DNA from: Mobula hypostoma
Lineage: Eukaryota
Reading direction: 5' to 3'
Assembly (NCBI RefSeq): GCF_963921235.1
Contig: NC_086097.1
Location: 242,050,001-242,114,000 of the forward strand
DNA: 64,000 bases
The stretch's first letter is position 1. Every line of letters begins with the position of its first letter. Under the pieces are notes generated by a model, which saw nothing but the letters and a program-made list of their open reading frames with translations, did no database searches and was not told the DNA's origin. Positions 27,946-41,177 of this stretch are shown one piece after another. Position numbers and translations under genes: made by a program.

Positions 27946-28156
27946 GTTCACATAGGAGCTAATATATGGATTGATGAGGACAAGTGGGAAACAGTGAAAC
28001 GTCAGCCAAGTGATTCAAGATTTACGAAGTGTTTGGCCGTAGCTGTGTGGGGAGTGGATACCCTGAAGGACAGAAGTGTCACTGGAATTGCATGCAATTC
28101 AACAAAATCATCCCCTAAACCACCTCTTTCTCCCTACAAAGTGCAGATTATTAAAG
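27946..28156 (+). CDS. BEND5-like exon 5, N-terminal part of the BEN domain
   Basis: Follows an 83-nt intron; acceptor tttgcttatag|GTT, donor AAAG|gtaagc; 211 nt, phase 0 to 1. VHIGANIWIDEDKW...DSRFTKCLAVAVWGVDTLKDRSVTGIAC...PKPPLSPYKVQIIK aligns by eye with the BEND5 BEN domain. Confidence 0.92.
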
Positions 28157-28509
28157 GTAAGCTTGAGGAATGCTTTCTACTGCCTAGTTTGTTTTATAAG
28201 ATTAGCTTTATTTGTCATATGTACATCGAAACATACAGCGAATTGTGTCATTTTGCTTCGATCAAATTGGTGAGGATGGTGCCACAATGTTTTTTGAAGC
28301 ACTTGTTATCTTTTTCCATTATAAATCACTACATGTGAAGGTGTCTATTTTCAGATCACTTGCAAATGAAACATTATATTTGCAACAAAATTCAGAAACA
28401 GCTGTAATCAGCACTTTTTTAAAACTAAATGATATATCACCTCTGGTTATTTTTTCAAACAAAAATAACAATAACTTATTTATAGAGCACTTTTCATACA
28501 GACAATCTA

Positions 28510-29660
28510 CAATTGTGCTAGAATGGTTGTAAACCCTGTAGAATTTTCTCTGTTTCTGCATAAATGTGACCTAAAATATGATCAGATCTTTACGCAAGTC
28601 TTAAAACTGGATAAAGAGAACCCAATTAAATAAATAACACACAAATATTATACTTGTTTGTTTATTGAAAAAAATGATCCCAATATTACATGGATTTATT
28701 GGAAAATGTATGTGAACCTTCAGGATTATCAGTTCATTTAAAGGGAAATTAGTCAGGTGTTTCAATCAATAGGATGACAATCGGGTGTGAGTGTGGGAGG
28801 CCCTGTCCTATTTAAAGAACATAAACCTGGGTCTTCACTTTCAAAGTCTGATCTTCACACAGGTTTTTGGAAGTGTATGCCTTGATCAAAGGAGATTTCT
28901 GAGGACCTCAGGGGGAAAGAAAAGTTGTTTGCTCACCAGGCTGGAAAAGGATACAAAACCATTTCTAAAGAGTTTGCGCCCCACCAATCCACAGTAAGGC
29001 AGATGGTATACAAATGGAGGAAATTCAACACCATTGTTATTCTCACTGGGAGTGGTCAAACAACAAAAATCACTCCAAGAGCAAGGCGTGTAATATTCCA
29101 GGAGGTCACAAAGAACCCCAGGGTAACATCTAAGGAGCTACAGGCCTCTCTTGCATTGGCTAATGTCAGTGTTCATGAGTCTACCCATCAGGCAAACACC
29201 GAACAATAATGGTGTACATGGCAGGATTGCAAGGAGAAAGCCTCTGCTCTCCAAGAAGAACATTGCTGCCCATCTAAAGTTTGCTAAAGTCCACGTGGAT
29301 ATGCCAGAAGGCTATTGGAAGAATGTTCTGTGGACCAATGAGTCCAAAATAGTACTTCTGGCTTAAATGAGAAGCATTATGTTTGGCTAAAAGCAAACAC
29401 TGCATTCCAGCATAAGAACTTCACCTCATCTGTGAAACATGGTGGTGGCAGTGTTATGGTTTGGCCTGCTTTGCTGCACCAGGACCACTATGGCTTACTA
29501 TCATTGAAGGAGCTATGAATTCTGAATTGTACCAGCAAATTCTACAGGAAAATATCAGGGTATCCATTGGTGAAGTGAAGCTCGAGAAAGTGGGTCATGC
29601 AGTAAGACAACGATCCTAGACACATGTTAGTCCACCAAAGAATGGTTATAGCAGAAGAAA
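28510..29660 (+). mobile_element. Tc1-family transposon, right end missing where a Penelope element begins (element C)
   Basis: TA+caattgtgctag left TIR; GKGYKTISK, RRKPLLSKKN, WKNVLWTNESK, VKHGGG motifs. Confidence 0.9.
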
Positions 29661-31546
29661 TCCCACACTCCGCACCTTCCGTTTCTACCTCCTTCCCAAG
29701 ATCCACAAACCCGCTTGTCCCTGTTGACCCATTGATTCAGCTTGATCCTGCCCCACTGAATTTGTATCTGCATACCTTGACTCTGTCTTATCCCCCCAGT
29801 TCAGTCTCTTCCAACCTACATCTGTGACACTTCAAACACTGGATCTTTTCAATGATTTCAAGTTCCCTGGCCCTGATCATCATCTTTTCAGTATGGATGT
29901 CCAGCCCCTATATACCTCCAACCCCCACCAGGAACGCCTCAAAGTTTTCCATTTCTTTCTAGACACCAGACCCAACTAGTTCCTCTCCACTACCGCTCTC
30001 CTTCACCTAGCAGAACTAGTCCTCAGTCTTAATCACTTCTCCTTAGGCTCCTCCCACTTCCACCAAACAAAAGGTGCATGGACCCCAGCTATGTCTGCCT
30101 TTTTGTCAGCTACTTGGAACAGTATGTTCTGAGCCTACACTGGTGTCCACACCCCCATTTTTCCTACACTACATTGACGGCTGCATTGGTGCTGCTTCCT
30201 GCACACATGCGGAGCTCATCAATTTTCCCTACAGCTTCCAACCTGCCCTCAAATTTGCCTGGTTCATTTCCAACACCTCCCTTCCCTTTCTTGATCTTAC
30301 TGTCTCTGTTTCGGGAGACAGCTTTTCTACTGATGGGTTTTGTAAACCCATGGACTCTCACAGTGACCTGGATGATACCTCATCCCAAACTGCTACTTGT
30401 AAAAACACCATCCCTTTCTCTCAATTCCTCTGTCTCCACCACACCTGCTCTCAGGATGAGGCTTTTCATTCTAGAATGAAGGCGACGTCCTCCTTTCTCA
30501 AAGAATGGGGCTTGCCTTCCTCCACCTTCAATGCTGCTCTCAACCATATCTCTTTCATTTCATGTGCTCTTGCTCACCCCATTCTGCCACCTTATCAAGG
30601 ATATGGTTCCTCTTGTTCTCACCTACCACCCCACCAGCCTCTGCATCCAGGACATAATTCAGCAGAACTTCTGCCGTCTCTAACAGGATCCCGCCACCAA
30701 GCACATCTTTCCCAACCACATTTTCAGCTTTCTGCAGGGATTGCTTTCTACCCAGCTCCCTAGACCAGTTGCCCCTCCCTCCTTACACTTACCCTTGCAA
30801 GTGGAACAAGTGCTACACTTGCCCCTCCGTCACTACCATTCTGTGCCTCAAACAATCCTTTCAGGTGAGGTGAAACTTCACCTGCGAGTCTGTTGGGGTC
30901 ACAGACTGTGCCCATGCTCCCAGTGTGGCCTTCTGTATATCGGTGAGACCTGACGTAAATTGGAAGTGCGCTTTGCCGAGCACTGGTCCACCAGAAGATG
31001 GGGTGTCTCCCGGTGGCCATCCATTTTAATTCCACTTCCCATTCCCATTCTGATATGTCAATCCATAGCCTCCTCTACTGTCACGAGGCTGCTCTCAGGT
31101 TGAAGGAACAACACCTTGTATTCCATCTGGGTAGTGTCCAACATGATGGCATGAACTTTGATTTCTAGATCTAACGGTAATGGCCCCCCCCCCCGCCACC
31201 AGTCTGCATCTCCTTTTACCTCTCACCTTATCTCCTTGCGTGCCCATTGCCTCCCTCTGGTGCTGCTACCCCCTTTTCTTTCTTCCATGGCCTTCTGTCG
31301 TCTCCAATCAGATTTCCCCTTCTCCAGCCCTGTATCTCTTTCGCCATCAACTTCCCAGCTGTTTACTTTCTAGCTCCCCCTCCTGGTTTCACTTATCACC
31401 TTGTTTCTCTCTCCCCTCCCCATCTTTTAAATCTGCTCATCTTTTTTCCTACAGTTCTGCCAAAGGCTCAAAACGTCGACTGTACTTTTTTTCCATAGAT
31501 GCTGCCTGGCCTGCTGAGTTTCTCCAGCATTTTGTGTGTGTTGCTT
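29661..31546 (+). mobile_element. Penelope-like element (RT + GIY-YIG endonuclease), decayed, with 3' terminal repeat
   Basis: FYLLPKIHKP, MDVQPLYTS, MDPSYVCLFV, FLHYIDGCIG, CSQCGLLYIGET; ends gatgctgcctggcctgctgagtttctccagcattttgtgtgtgttgct. Confidence 0.9.
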
Positions 31547-31547
31547 A

Positions 31548-32733
31548 AATGATGGAATAGATGGCTTTGTTGCCAAGTTTGCAGATGATATGAAGATTGC
31601 TGGAGGGGCAGGTAGTGTTAAGGAAGCAGGAAGGCTGCAGAAGGACTTGGATTAGGAGAACGGGCAAGAAAGTGACAAAATAAAATACAAAGTTGGAAAT
31701 GCATGGTCATGCACTTTGGTAGAATAAATAAATGTGCAGACCATTTTCTAAATGGGGAGAAAATCCAAAAATCTTTATACTTTTGTCGCCAAACAATTGA
31801 TACCAGAGCGTACAATCATCACAGCGATATTTGATTCTGCGCTTTCTGCTCCCTGGATTACAAATATTAAATATTAAAAATAGTAAAAATTAGTAAATAT
31901 TAAATTTTTAAATTATTAATCATTAATAGAAAAATGGAAAGTAAGGTAGTGCAAAAAAACCGAGAGGCAGGTTGGGATATTTGGAGGGTATGACCCAGAT
32001 CCGGGTCAAAATCTGAGCTGCAAAGAGACTTGGGAGTTCTTGTACAGAATATCCTAAAGGTTAACTTGCAGGTTGAATCAGTGGTAAGGAAGGCAAATGC
32101 AATATTAACACTCATTTCAAGAGGTCTAGAATACAAGAGCAGGGATGTGATGCTGGGGCTTTATAAGGCACTGGTGAGACCTCACTTCGAGTATTGTGAA
32201 CAATTTTTGGCTCCTCATCTAAGAAAAGATGTGCTGGCATTGGAGAGGGTTCAGTGGAGGTTCACAGTGATGATTCTGGGAATGAAAAGGTTATCATATG
32301 AGGAACGGTTGACTCTGGGCATGTTCTTGCTGGAATTTAGAAGGATATGTGGTGGGGAATCTCATTGAAATCTTTTGAATATTGAAAGGGCTAGACAGAG
32401 TAGGTATGGAAAGGATGTTTCCCATGGTGGGGGAGGCTCGGGCAAGGGGGTACAATCTCAGGATAGAGGGGTGTCCATTTAAAACAGATGCAGAGAAATT
32501 TCTTTAGCCAGAGGGTGGTGAATTTGTTACCAAAGGTAGTTGTGAAGGCCAGGTCACTAGGTGTGTTTGTGTGTACTTAAGGCAGAGATTAATAGGTTTT
32601 TGTTCAGGCACGGCACCAATGGTTGCAGGGAGAAGGGTGGGGGGGTGCGGGGGAAGAGGATCAGCCATGATTGAATGGTGGAGCAGACTTGATGGGCCAA
32701 ATAGCCTAATTCTGCTCTTGTGTCTTATGGTCT
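31548..32733 (+). mobile_element. CR1 LINE 3' fragment, old
   Basis: KFADD start, LYKALVRPHFEYC, tail tgtcttatggtct. Confidence 0.9.
31775..32007 (-). mobile_element. Short LINE 3'-end insertion nested in CR1
   Basis: 7-bp TSD aaaatct at 31768-31774 and 32008-32014; CR1 sequence resumes collinearly after it. Confidence 0.65.
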
Positions 32734-33574
32734 AAAAGTAAAGAAAGAAGATCTTGGACTTGAGGTGTATATGAGGGTAGTAGAGTTGATGACCTCCAGT
32801 ACCTGGTCTGTGTTGATGTAAGCTACTTGCAGAAGATGTGGAATTGTTCTTTAAAATTGTATTGGTCTTTATTCCTGCAGTGTGGGATACCAATAAATGA
32901 GAGGTCAGAAGAGATTGTGCTACATATAAGTAGAAGTTTGGGTATAATTTTGAGCTGAATGGAGATGTTCTGCAAGGCAAATAACCAATATGCCTTTAGT
33001 ATCCCCATTCTTTCATTTATGAGCAATAAATACGGTATGTTAAATTCAAAGGGGAGCACAAGATTATTTTGCTTGCAAAATGTGTTTGAAGTCATTGGGA
33101 ATGGAATATGCAAAGATAATGCTTGTCATTCTTTGTATAAGCAACTACTGTTAGCTTAAGGGCTGAGTTGTGGGGAGGGGAGAGGGGTTGTGATGCTGGA
33201 TGTCGATTATTGAGGTACCTTTAAATGGCTGGTTTGGGATTTCATTTGTACATCCATCTTAAGTTGTAGAGTATTTAAATGCTTTTGAAAGGGAATTTAT
33301 TGTGCTAGTCGGTGTCAAGTTTGTGTAGAAGGCACTGTTATTAAATTGCACTTTTTTTGATCAGTTACCCCATAACATCCGGTAGAATTTCTTCTGACTC
33401 ATTTGTATATTAAGTGCTGATAGCATGTTCCTTTCTGCTCTGATCAAACTATTACTCATTTTATTACGGCCCAAAGTCAGCTAACTTCAATGTCGGGTAG
33501 GAATTGGATGTGTTTTCTAAATCGCAGTTTCACCCGATGTTCTTGATTGTCAAAGATCATTTGCCTCAAGCTTT

Positions 33575-34190
33575 CACTCCCCTTAAATTCCCTCCGTCAA
33601 TTTCTGACACGTCCTTTCCCTTTCTCTGGCTCTGTCTCCATCTCTGAAGACAAACTGTCAACTGACATTTTATGAACTTACCAGTACCCACAATTATCTT
33701 TACTATACCTCTTCCCTCCAGGTTTACTTAAAAAATGCTATTCCCTTTCTCAGTTCCTTTGTCTCTACCACATCTGTTCCCAAGATGCTGCTTTCCTTTC
33801 CATGACATCAGAGATGTTGACAGCATGTTCCTTTCTGCTCCAATCAAACTATTACTCATTTTCATAACAGCCCCAAATCAGCTAACTTCAAAAATCAAAG
33901 ATGTCCTCCTTCAAAGAACACAGTTTCCCTTCTTCCACCACTGATGCTTACCCGAATGTCTGCCTTAAGAGTGATAGATTTCCTCGTCCTTGCCTACCAC
34001 CCCATGAGCCTCCGCATCCAAAGCATTATTTTCCGCAACTTCTGCCATCTCCAAAGGGATCCTACCACTATTCTTTACTTCCCTCTCTCTCTGCTTTCTG
34101 AGGGGTCGCTCCCTCTGTGATTTCCCTTGTTCATTCGTCCCTCCCAGCACTTAGCCTTGAAAAGTGTCCAAAGTGCTACATCTAACCATT
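33575..34190 (+). mobile_element. Penelope-like element fragment, continues at 36131-36465 past the young CR1
   Basis: aaaaatgctattccctttctcagttcct and ctaccacccc motifs collinear with 30250-30820; GIY-YIG part resumes at about 36165 (ctctacgttggtgagacc). Confidence 0.7.
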
Positions 34191-34191
34191 C

Positions 34192-36130
34192 ATATAAACA
34201 TAGAAAATAGGTGCAGGAGTAGGCCATTCGGCCCTTCGAGCCTGCACCGCCATTTATTATGATCATGGCTGATCATCCAACTCAGAACCCAGCCTTCCCT
34301 CCATACCCCCTGACCCCTGTAGCCACAAGGGCCATATCTAACTCCCTCTTAAACATAGCCAATGAACTGGCCTCAACAGTTTCCTGTGGCAGAGAATTCC
34401 ACAGATTCACCACTCTCTGTGTGAAGAAGTTTTTCCTAATCTCGGTCCTAAAAGGCTTCCCCTCTATCCTCAAACTGTGACCCCTCGTTCTGGACCTCCC
34501 CAACATCGGGAACAATCTTCCCGCATCTAGCTTGTCCAATCCCTTTAGGATCTTATACGTTTCAATCAGATCCCCCCTCAATCTTCTAAATTCCAACGAG
34601 TACAAGCCCAGTTCATCCAGTCTTTCTTCATATGAAAGTCCTGCCATCCCAGGAATCAATCTGGTGAACCTTCTTTGTACTCCCTCTATGGCAAGGATGT
34701 CTTTCCTCAGATTAGGGGACCAAAACTGCACACAATACTCCAGGTGTGGTCTCACCAAGGCCTTGTACAACTGCAGTAGTACCTCCCTGCTCCTGTACTC
34801 GAATCCTCTCGCTATAAATGCCAGCATACCATTCGCCTTTTTCACCGCCTGCTGTACCTGCATGCCCACTTTCAATGACTGGTGTATAATGACACCCAGG
34901 TCTCGTTGCACCTCCCCTTTTCCTAATCGGCCACCATTCAGATAATAATCTGTTTTCCTGTTCTTGCCACCAAAGTGGATAACCTCACATTTATCCACAT
35001 TAAATTGCATCTGCCATGAATTTGCCCACTCACCTAACCTATCCAAGTCATCCTGCATCCTCTTAGCATCCTCCTCACTGCTAACACTGCCGCCCAGCTT
35101 CGTGTCATCCGCAAACTTGGAGATGCTGCATTTAATTCCCTCATCCAAGTCATTAATATATATTGTAAACAACTGGGGTCCCAGCACTGAGCCTTGCGGT
35201 ACCCCACTAGTCACCGCCTGCCATTCTGAAAAGGTCCCGTTTATTCCCACTCTTTGCTTCCTGTCTGCTAACCAATTCTCCAGCCACACCAATACCTTAC
35301 CCCCAATACCGTGTGCTTTAAGTTTGCACACTAATCTCCTGTGTGGGACCTTGTCAAAAGCCTTTTGAAAATCCAAATATACCACATCCACTGGTTCTCC
35401 CCTATCCACTCTACTAGTTACATCCTCAAAAAATTCTATGAGATTCGTCAGACATGATTTTCCTTTCACAAATCCATGCTGACTTTGTCCGATGATTTCA
35501 CCGCTTTCCAAATGTGCTGTTATCACATCCTTGATAACTGACTCCAGCAGTTTCCCCACCACCGACGTTAGGCTAACCGGCCTATAATTCCCCAGTTTCT
35601 CTCTCCCTCCTTTTTTAAAAAGTGGAGTTACATTAGCCACCCTCCAATCCTCAGGAACTAGTCCAGAATCTAACGAGTTTTGAAAAATTATCACTAATGC
35701 ATCCACTATTTCTTGGGCTACTTCCTTAAGCACTCTGGGATGCAGACCATCTGGCCCTGGGGATTTATCTGCCTTCAATCCCTTCAATTTACCTAACACC
35801 ACTTCCCTACTAACATGTATTTCACTCAGTTCCTCCATCTCACTGGACCCTCTGTCCCTTACTATTCCTGGAAGATTATTTATGTCCTCCTTAGTGAAGA
35901 CAGAACCAAAGTAATTATTCAATTGGTCTGCCATGTCCTTGCTCCCCATAATCAATTCACCTGTTTCTGTCTGCAGGGGACCTACATTTGTCTTTATCAG
36001 TCTTTTCCTTTTTACATATCTATAAAAGCTTTTACAGTCCGTTTTTATGTTCTCTGCCAGTTTTCTCTCATAATCTTTTTTCCCCTTCCTAATTAAGCCC
36101 TTTGTCCTCCTCTGCTGAACTCTGAATTTC
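34192..36130 (-). mobile_element. Young 5'-truncated CR1 LINE with uninterrupted 616-aa ORF2 segment
   Basis: ORF 34282-36132 intact to its stop; nearly identical to 21662-23180. Confidence 0.97.
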
Positions 36131-36467
36131 ACCTAGAAATCTTTGAATCTAGTACTCCGGATGCAGCCTTCTCTACGTTGGTGAGACCCAAGGTAAATTG
36201 GGGGACCACTTTGTCAAACACCTCTGCACCATCAAAAGCGGAACTTCCCAGTAGCCAAACATCAATCCATGGACACCTGTTCTGCCACAGCAAGACCACC
36301 CTCAGAGTGAACCTTGTATTCTGTTGGGGTAACCTCCCACCTGATGGCATGAGTATCAATTTCTCCTTCAGTAAACACATTCTCCTCTATTCCTCACTGT
36401 CACCTTTAACTGCTTCTCACCTCTATGGTCCTCTCTCCTCTTTCAGATTCCTTCCACTCCAGCCTTT

Positions 36468-37254
36468 TCTTTTGGCAGAAAAAATAAACGGGCAGACTAT
36501 TATTTAAATGGGGAAAGAATTCAAAGTTCTGAGATGCAAAGGGACTTGGGAGTCCTCGTACAGGATACCCTTAAAGTTAACCTCCAGATTGAGTCAGTAG
36601 TGAAGAAGGCGAATGCAATGTTGGCATTCATTTCTAGAGGAATAGAGTATAGGAGCAGGGATGTGATGTTGAGGCTCTATAAGGCGCTGGTGAGACCTCA
36701 CTTGGAGTACTGTGGGCAGTTTTGGTCTCCTTATTTAAGAAAGGATGTGCTGACGTTGGAGAGGGTACAGAGAAGATTCACCAGAATGATTCCGGGAATG
36801 AGAGGGTTAACATATGAGGAATGTTTGTCCGCTCTTGGACTGTATTCCTTGGAGTTTAGAAGAATGAGGGGAGATCTCATAGAAACATTTCGAATGTTAA
36901 AAGGCATGGACAGTGTGGATGTGGCAAAGTTGTTTCCCATGATGGGGGAGTCTAGTACGAGAGGGCATGATTTAAGGATTGAAGCGCGCCCATTCAGAAC
37001 AGAAATACGAAGAAATATTTTTAGAGGGTGGTGAATCTATGGAATTTGTTGCCACGGGCAGCAGTGGAGGCCAAGTCATTGGGTGTATTTAAGGCAGAGA
37101 TTGACAGGTATCTGAGTAGCCAGGGCATCAAAGCTTATGGTGAGAAGGCAGGGGAGTGGGACTAAATAGGAGAATGGATCAGCTCATGATAAAATGGCGG
37201 AGCAGACTCGATGGGCCGAATGGCCTACTTCTGCTCCTTTGTCTTATGGTCTTA
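36468..37254 (+). mobile_element. CR1 LINE 3' fragment, second subfamily
   Basis: ORF 36534-37034 with LYKALVRPHLEYC; tail tgtcttatggtcttat. Confidence 0.92.
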
Positions 37255-39535
37255 TATTTCCTACCTGCCTAGCTTCACCTATCACCATGTAGCTGTCTTC
37301 CATCCCCTCCCCCCAGCTCTTTATTCTGTTGAATAACTGAGAAATCATTTTTATCCATACTGTTTATATAAATGTGGATTTCTTTTTGTATCAGTTATAC
37401 TTTAGTCATGCTGTCGTATAGCACGGAAACAGACCCCTTGCCCATTGTCTCTGTACCAGCTCCCAAAGTCTCAAATGCACACAGCAAAGTGCAAAATGTA
37501 TCTGCTGCCACTTACTGCTGCACTATTCTGAAAGGTTTGTTTCTGGTTTTGGACCGTTAGTCATTTTTAATCTGATCACTTTATTAACTATTTGGTTATG
37601 AAGATCTCCATGCTCTGTTGTGGCTGCTTTGTGTTTATTGATCGTGGTCTTTTCAGTTATTTAATGAAATTCTGGCTGTTTTTGGCAAGGTGGCTAGCAT
37701 CTATAGTCTTCACTGATCTGAGATTAGTATAATTGGGTTCTGAAAGAGCTTTGGAAGACCTTTTACTATTTTGCTTGAACTGTTTCTGTCTTCATTTGCT
37801 GTAAATTAATCTTCAAAGATTCAAAATACATTTATTATCGAAGTATGTAGCATACAACCCTGAAATTCATCTTCCCCGTAGAGAGCCATGAAATAAACAG
37901 CTATCGAACTTATCTGTTCAAAGAAAAACAAAAACATCATTCTCCCCCCCCCCCGCCCCTCCAACGTGCAAATGGCAGTAACCTTGAATAGGTAACTAGC
38001 GTTGCTGTGCTATGTACTGTAGCAGTCAATCAGTTTTGTTCCTTCACTCACCCCACCCACCCACATCACCATTGCAGTCCTGTTCCATAAATTTCATAAG
38101 AATATCACGACAGATGAAAGATGACCTTGAAGCTTGTCCTTCTAGCTCCTCTAAAGATGAATTATAGGGAACATAATTTCTTTAAAAAAAGGCACTGTAG
38201 TCCATTTTTGGCAAAAAGTATCAAGAGTATATTTAAGAGGAAAATTGATAGTTTTCAGCCTGCATAGAGTTGCCCATGTTATTTTATGCTTGTTATTTAT
38301 TACTGTTTGTTTATATTTGCAGTTTGCTGTCCATTGATCCTGTCTACAGTTACTGTTCTCTAGATTTGCTGAGTATGCCTGCAGGAAAAGAATCTCAGGG
38401 GCAGGGTTGTATGTGGTGACATATGTACTATGAATTTTGACATATCCTATCTTAACTATAGGCTGATAATTAACCAGGCATGAAGTGAGACAAATTTGTA
38501 CATTTTTACCCTTGCTAATTTTATGGTCTGTGTTATCTTGTTTATTTTGAACTTTTCATGCTAATTAGTGGTGGTTTGTAAGTTGCTTAGTTTTTTTCTG
38601 TCACTTGGTTAATGTTTGTCTGCTTATCTATTAAATGATTTATTCTTCCATGCATCATTGCTGTTTGTTTTGTCCTTGTAGAATTTGTATTCCCCTTCAC
38701 ATAGTCATTGTCATCGATTCAAACAACACAAACAGACCCTGCAGCCCACCATTTCGTGTCAACCGTTAAATACAAGTAAATTATTTCCATTTAATATCAC
38801 TTGGTTTATATCCTTCCATGTCTTGGGGATTCAAGTGTTATCTACATGCTGATAATATTAATTGAGAGTGCTGTCACTATCACCCACTGAGCAGTGCCTT
38901 CAGATTGCATTCGCCCTCTTGATGGAAAAAGCTCTTTCTCAGATTCCCTTGTAAACCTTGTCCTCTTCTGCTGCTTTCTGTTAAAACACCGGCCCACCAC
39001 CTCTGTTCCAAGGAAAATATATCCATAGAACTTGACTCCCCATAATTGTCCATTTTCTCAGCTGAACAGTCTCACTGTAGCTTACAAATATTCTCTTCCA
39101 AATAATTTTTTTTTGCAAATTTACTAATCATGTATACTAGTATCTAATTTATTAAAATACATAGCAAATAATGAAGATTCTTTACTGATCCCTGTGGGGA
39201 ATTTCTGATTACAGGTTTCTGGTCATAAAACCAACTCTTCATCACCTCTGCTTCCTAACAAGCCAGTTTTACTTGCGTCCCATGGACTCTAGCCTTTTAT
39301 ACTAATTTCCCACATGGGGCCTAGTGAAATGTGCATCAGACCTGTTGCCTCAAAGTATCCATCAAACACTGGACTAACTTCTTGGGTTTAGCAACATCTA
39401 TAGAGGCTAAAGATGTAAGTCAATATTTCAGGTTGAGAATCTGCATCAGTTCTTCTCAGCACAGATTGCCAATTTAATCATACTTCTGTTTCCTTAGTTG
39501 CCCTCTTGCCCTTAACATATATTCAAAATAATTCA

Positions 39536-39726
39536 CATAAAAGTTGCTGGTGAATGCAGCAGGCCAGGCAGCTAAGCTCTTCTTTCAGTTAGTCCTGATG
39601 AAGGGTCTCAGCCCGAAACGTCAACTGTACCTCTTCCAAGAGATGTTGCCTGGCCTGCTGCGTTCACCATCAACTTTTATGTGTGTTGCTTGAAATTTCA
39701 GCATCTGCAGATTTCCTTGTGTTTGC
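39536..39726 (+). mobile_element. Mini Penelope-derived element with 5' inverted segment and hammerhead core
   Basis: 15-bp TSD attcaaa[a/t]taattca at 39521-39535 and 39727-39741; 39536-39572 is the near reverse complement of 39645-39681. Confidence 0.85.
39590..39627 (+). ncRNA. Minimal type-I hammerhead ribozyme motif, one helix-I mismatch
   Basis: tagtc-CTGATGA-a-gggtctcagccc-GAAA-cg-TC-aactg. Confidence 0.6.
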
Positions 39727-40121
39727 ATTCAAATTAATTCAGTATTGTCTTGCAGTAATATTTCATTCCCCTTCTCTAGTCACTACTTTTATTCTTTTTT
39801 CACTTCTCTCTATACCTGCCTTTTATGTTGCTTTTTTAATTATTTTAAATGGAAAATATCCTTTAAAATGCAGGAATTCTTGTACTTAATGTCCATTACT
39901 GTCACCTCTGGCTGTGAACCCTTTCTTTTCCACTTTTGAATGACTCCCAAGTTGTTGGATGTAGATTTAGTGCAATTAGCTGCTCTATCTATTTTAGTCA
40001 GATTCCTGGACCATCCTTATCTCCTTTCACAGCTATGATGAAACTTGCAGCTATGGTCATTTTCAAAGTGCTTCCTTGCTGAATTCCCTAAGGTTAGACC
40101 AGTACTACCCCTTCTCAAACA

Positions 40122-40340
40122 AGAGAAAATCTGCAAATGCTGGAAATTCAAGCAACATACACAAAATGCTGGAGGAACTCAGCAGGCCGGGCAGCATCTA
40201 TGGAAAAAAAAGTACAGTTGACTTTTTGGGCCCAGACCCTTTGGCAGGACAGAAGGGTCTCTGCCTGAAATGTCGATTGTACTTCTTTCCATAGATGCTG
40301 TCTGGCCAACTGAGTTCCTCCAGCATTTTGTGTGTGTTGC
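40122..40340. mobile_element. Palindromic mini Penelope-derived element
   Basis: 16-bp TSD tac[c/t]ccttctcaaaca at 40106-40121 and 40341-40356; two inverted terminal-repeat halves meeting at degenerate hammerhead cores. Confidence 0.85.
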
Positions 40341-41177
40341 TACTCCTTCTCAAACAGGAATATCCACATACAGGTTTACAAAACTTTCCTGGGCACATCT
40401 TAAAATTCACGCCTTATCTGTCTTTCATACTTTAAGCAGTATTTATTGATTATGATTCTGTACTCTGGAATGTTGAATTTCCAGTTCTTTCAAACATGTC
40501 TTTTTGATAGCAACGTCGTATACCCTGTCCCCACATTCTGATCAATAAGTCCTGGTTTAGTTGTTCTCTGCATTACAATAGGTGTGATGTAGCCTTGAAT
40601 TTCCTGTATTGTACCCTCTCTGTTCTGCCTTTAGGATTGATATTTTTCCTCACCTTTCTCCCTCAATACTTGTCCTTTTTAGCAATATGCACAACCACAT
40701 TTTCTGATTATTTACCCTTCTCTTTGAGAATGCCCTGTGGCTCTTTGACCCTGATGCCAGAGTTAAAAGAACCACTCAGGATGCTCATTTATGACCACTG
40801 AAGTGCCTGTATATTGTCTTCCCCATTAAATCTCCTACTGCTAATTCCCTTGGACTTTCGCTCATGCATCCTTATGGAGTTGACTCGCCCACTGTACCTG
40901 ATCTTGGATTTAAGTGAACTCTTCAGAGATGCATACACCTGCACCACTTTCTTACACAAATAAATGGTTTTGGAGACATGCAGTTAAGGCCTTATGACTG
41001 CTTCCTGTCAACTAACTGCCAGTCATCCATTGCTTCCCTGCTGGCATTTTCTTAAGCTGTAGATTAACCACTTCTGAAGACTTGCTGTCCAATATAGTGC
41101 CTTGTGTTGTACGAGTGCCCCAAAACTCAGCATTTATGCTTGCTGAACTGGAGGCAGTTCTACTGATTTAATGTCCA

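Noticed and set aside
34282..36132. 616-aa RT ORF as a domesticated host gene
   Set aside because: 5'-truncated, no genuine start, CR1 tail present, near-identical to two other copies.
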